DNA from: an uncultured Verrucomicrobiae bacterium
GTDB lineage: Bacteria > Verrucomicrobiota > Verrucomicrobiia > Chthoniobacterales > UBA10450
Assembly (NCBI GenBank): GCA_963772365.1
Contig: CAVYXA010000001.1
Span: 1,632,001-1,696,000, forward strand
Direction: 5' to 3'
Length of the DNA: 64,000 nt
Under the pieces are notes generated by a model, which searched no databases, was not told the DNA's origin, and saw nothing but the letters and a program-made list of their open reading frames with translations. Below, one piece after another: positions 62,954 to 64,000 of this stretch (within the stretch, counting starts at the first letter, position 1; every line of letters starts with the position of its first letter). The position numbers were made by a program, and so were the translations under genes.

Positions 62954-63159
62954 TAGCCGGGAAGCAATCTCGCGAAAAAGGAAACAAGCGCCAGCCCGAT
63001 TTCAACTTTTCCCATCAAATTTTGCAGCCATGCGTGGTATCAGCGTGCTCGCTCGATTGACCCTGATTCAGAACAGATTTATCGAGGGCTGCAGCGGGAC
63101 GCAACTCGCTTCCAAGCGTTCTATAACGGTGGGTTTTGACAATTCCTGGACGTCGCTCT

Positions 63160-63963
63160 TCAGAAACTCCGTGTTTGGTCGACGATGATGTCAGCGACGC
63201 CCGGATCAGTGCCAATCGATGGCGCATAGAACAACGCGCGATTGTCGATCTTGTAAGGGTCCTGGCGGAAAATCTCTCTAACCGCCTGACCGCGGTCCAC
63301 GCCCGCGGCGACAGCGATCCCCAACAAAACCGGAATGTCCTCATAGCTGTGAAGCCCCTCTGCGATAAAGAAAGGGACCACTATCACGTTTGGCGTTTTG
63401 GTTAACTTTCGCCACTCGGAAACTAGCGGGGCTTCTTCCATGTAAACATTCAGAACTGCTGCGAACTTTCCGATCGCGCGGATTTTTTCGGCCTCGCGTT
63501 TTGCCGCGGCCGCGCTGTTTTCGTTCAAATCTGTGCCGTGAGCGACGATCAACAAAGTCGTCTCGGCAGGATCGACATCCGGCGCAATCTCCGAGGCACG
63601 GCGCAGGAGGAGATTGGTCATGGCAGGATGATTTCCCACTGGCTCGCAATAATGCCAGACTTGACCCGTTTCTCGCCTCGTTGCCCGCCCGCTCAACTCA
63701 AGCTCGCGGGGGATCACCGTCTGCGTGAAATAACCTTCGCTGATGAAGTTCGGCACAACGGCGACTTTGCGGATTGATTCGGGATCGAACAGGAATAGCG
63801 CATCGCGCAAGCTCGGTTCCTCTTTCCAGAAGACACACTCAACGCTGGCAAAAATGTCGCGCCGGCGAATCTCAGCCGCATGTGCCAGCGTCGGCACATC
63901 GGAATCGGGATTCACCGTCGATCCGTGGCCGACAATGAGGAGACCAGTCGATTTCGTATCCAC
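63160..63963 (-). CDS. CbiX/SirB-like chelatase-fold protein (two CbiX domains)
   Basis: LLIVGHGS...HA, FWKEEPS, VVPNFISEGYFT..VIP, VAHGT, VVPFFIAEGLHSYEDIP. Confidence 0.85.
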   Translation of the reverse strand: MDTKSTGLLIVGHGSTVNPDSDVPTLAHAAEIRRRDIFASVECVFWKEEPSLRDALFLFDPESIRKVAVVPNFISEGYFTQTVIPRELELSGRATRRETGQVWHYCEPVGNHPAMTNLLLRRASEIAPDVDPAETTLLIVAHGTDLNENSAAAAKREAEKIRAIGKFAAVLNVYMEEAPLVSEWRKLTKTPNVIVVPFFIAEGLHSYEDIPVLLGIAVAAGVDRGQAVREIFRQDPYKIDNRALFYAPSIGTDPGVADIIVDQTRSF

Positions 63964-64000
63964 CTTGAACGTTTGGCCTTGGAAGGTTAATTTTCAAATC

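Overview
This is a core-genome stretch of a GC-rich Gram-negative bacterium. The gene content and style suggest soil Verrucomicrobiota (Chthoniobacterales-like), but that assignment is inference. It carries a metal (probably zinc) uptake locus with a His/Cys-rich HAPP-ending leader ORF, two CNNM/CBS genes, a yyaL-like gene, a large secreted Pro/Thr-linker protein and an LPS cluster (MsbA-like ABC, GT9, two GT4). It also holds tRNA-His(GTG), tRNA-Arg(TCG), deoC, an Xre/RES toxin-antitoxin pair, nth, exbB-exbD-tonB-exbD, birA, nadC, ubiX, folD, uvrC, a PBP2, mutS, an M20 peptidase, an NtrC-type regulator and a split CbiX/DR2241-like cluster. Over a dozen genes have single-base frameshifts. These cluster in blocks (about 3.3-10.2 kb, 15.3-18.8 kb, 38-46.8 kb) and hit housekeeping genes, so I treat them as assembly indel errors and give reconstructed gene extents. 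No prophage, CRISPR array, rRNA or transposase is visible. Two signals stand out. First, several families of REP/REPIN-like palindromes occur between genes and also inserted in frame inside conserved proteins (two in MutS, two in YyaL, one in UvrC, C-terminal read-through in TauE); one copy appears to have decayed only at synonymous sites. Second, there is a candidate metal-sensing ribosome-arrest leader upstream of a ZnuD-like receptor.
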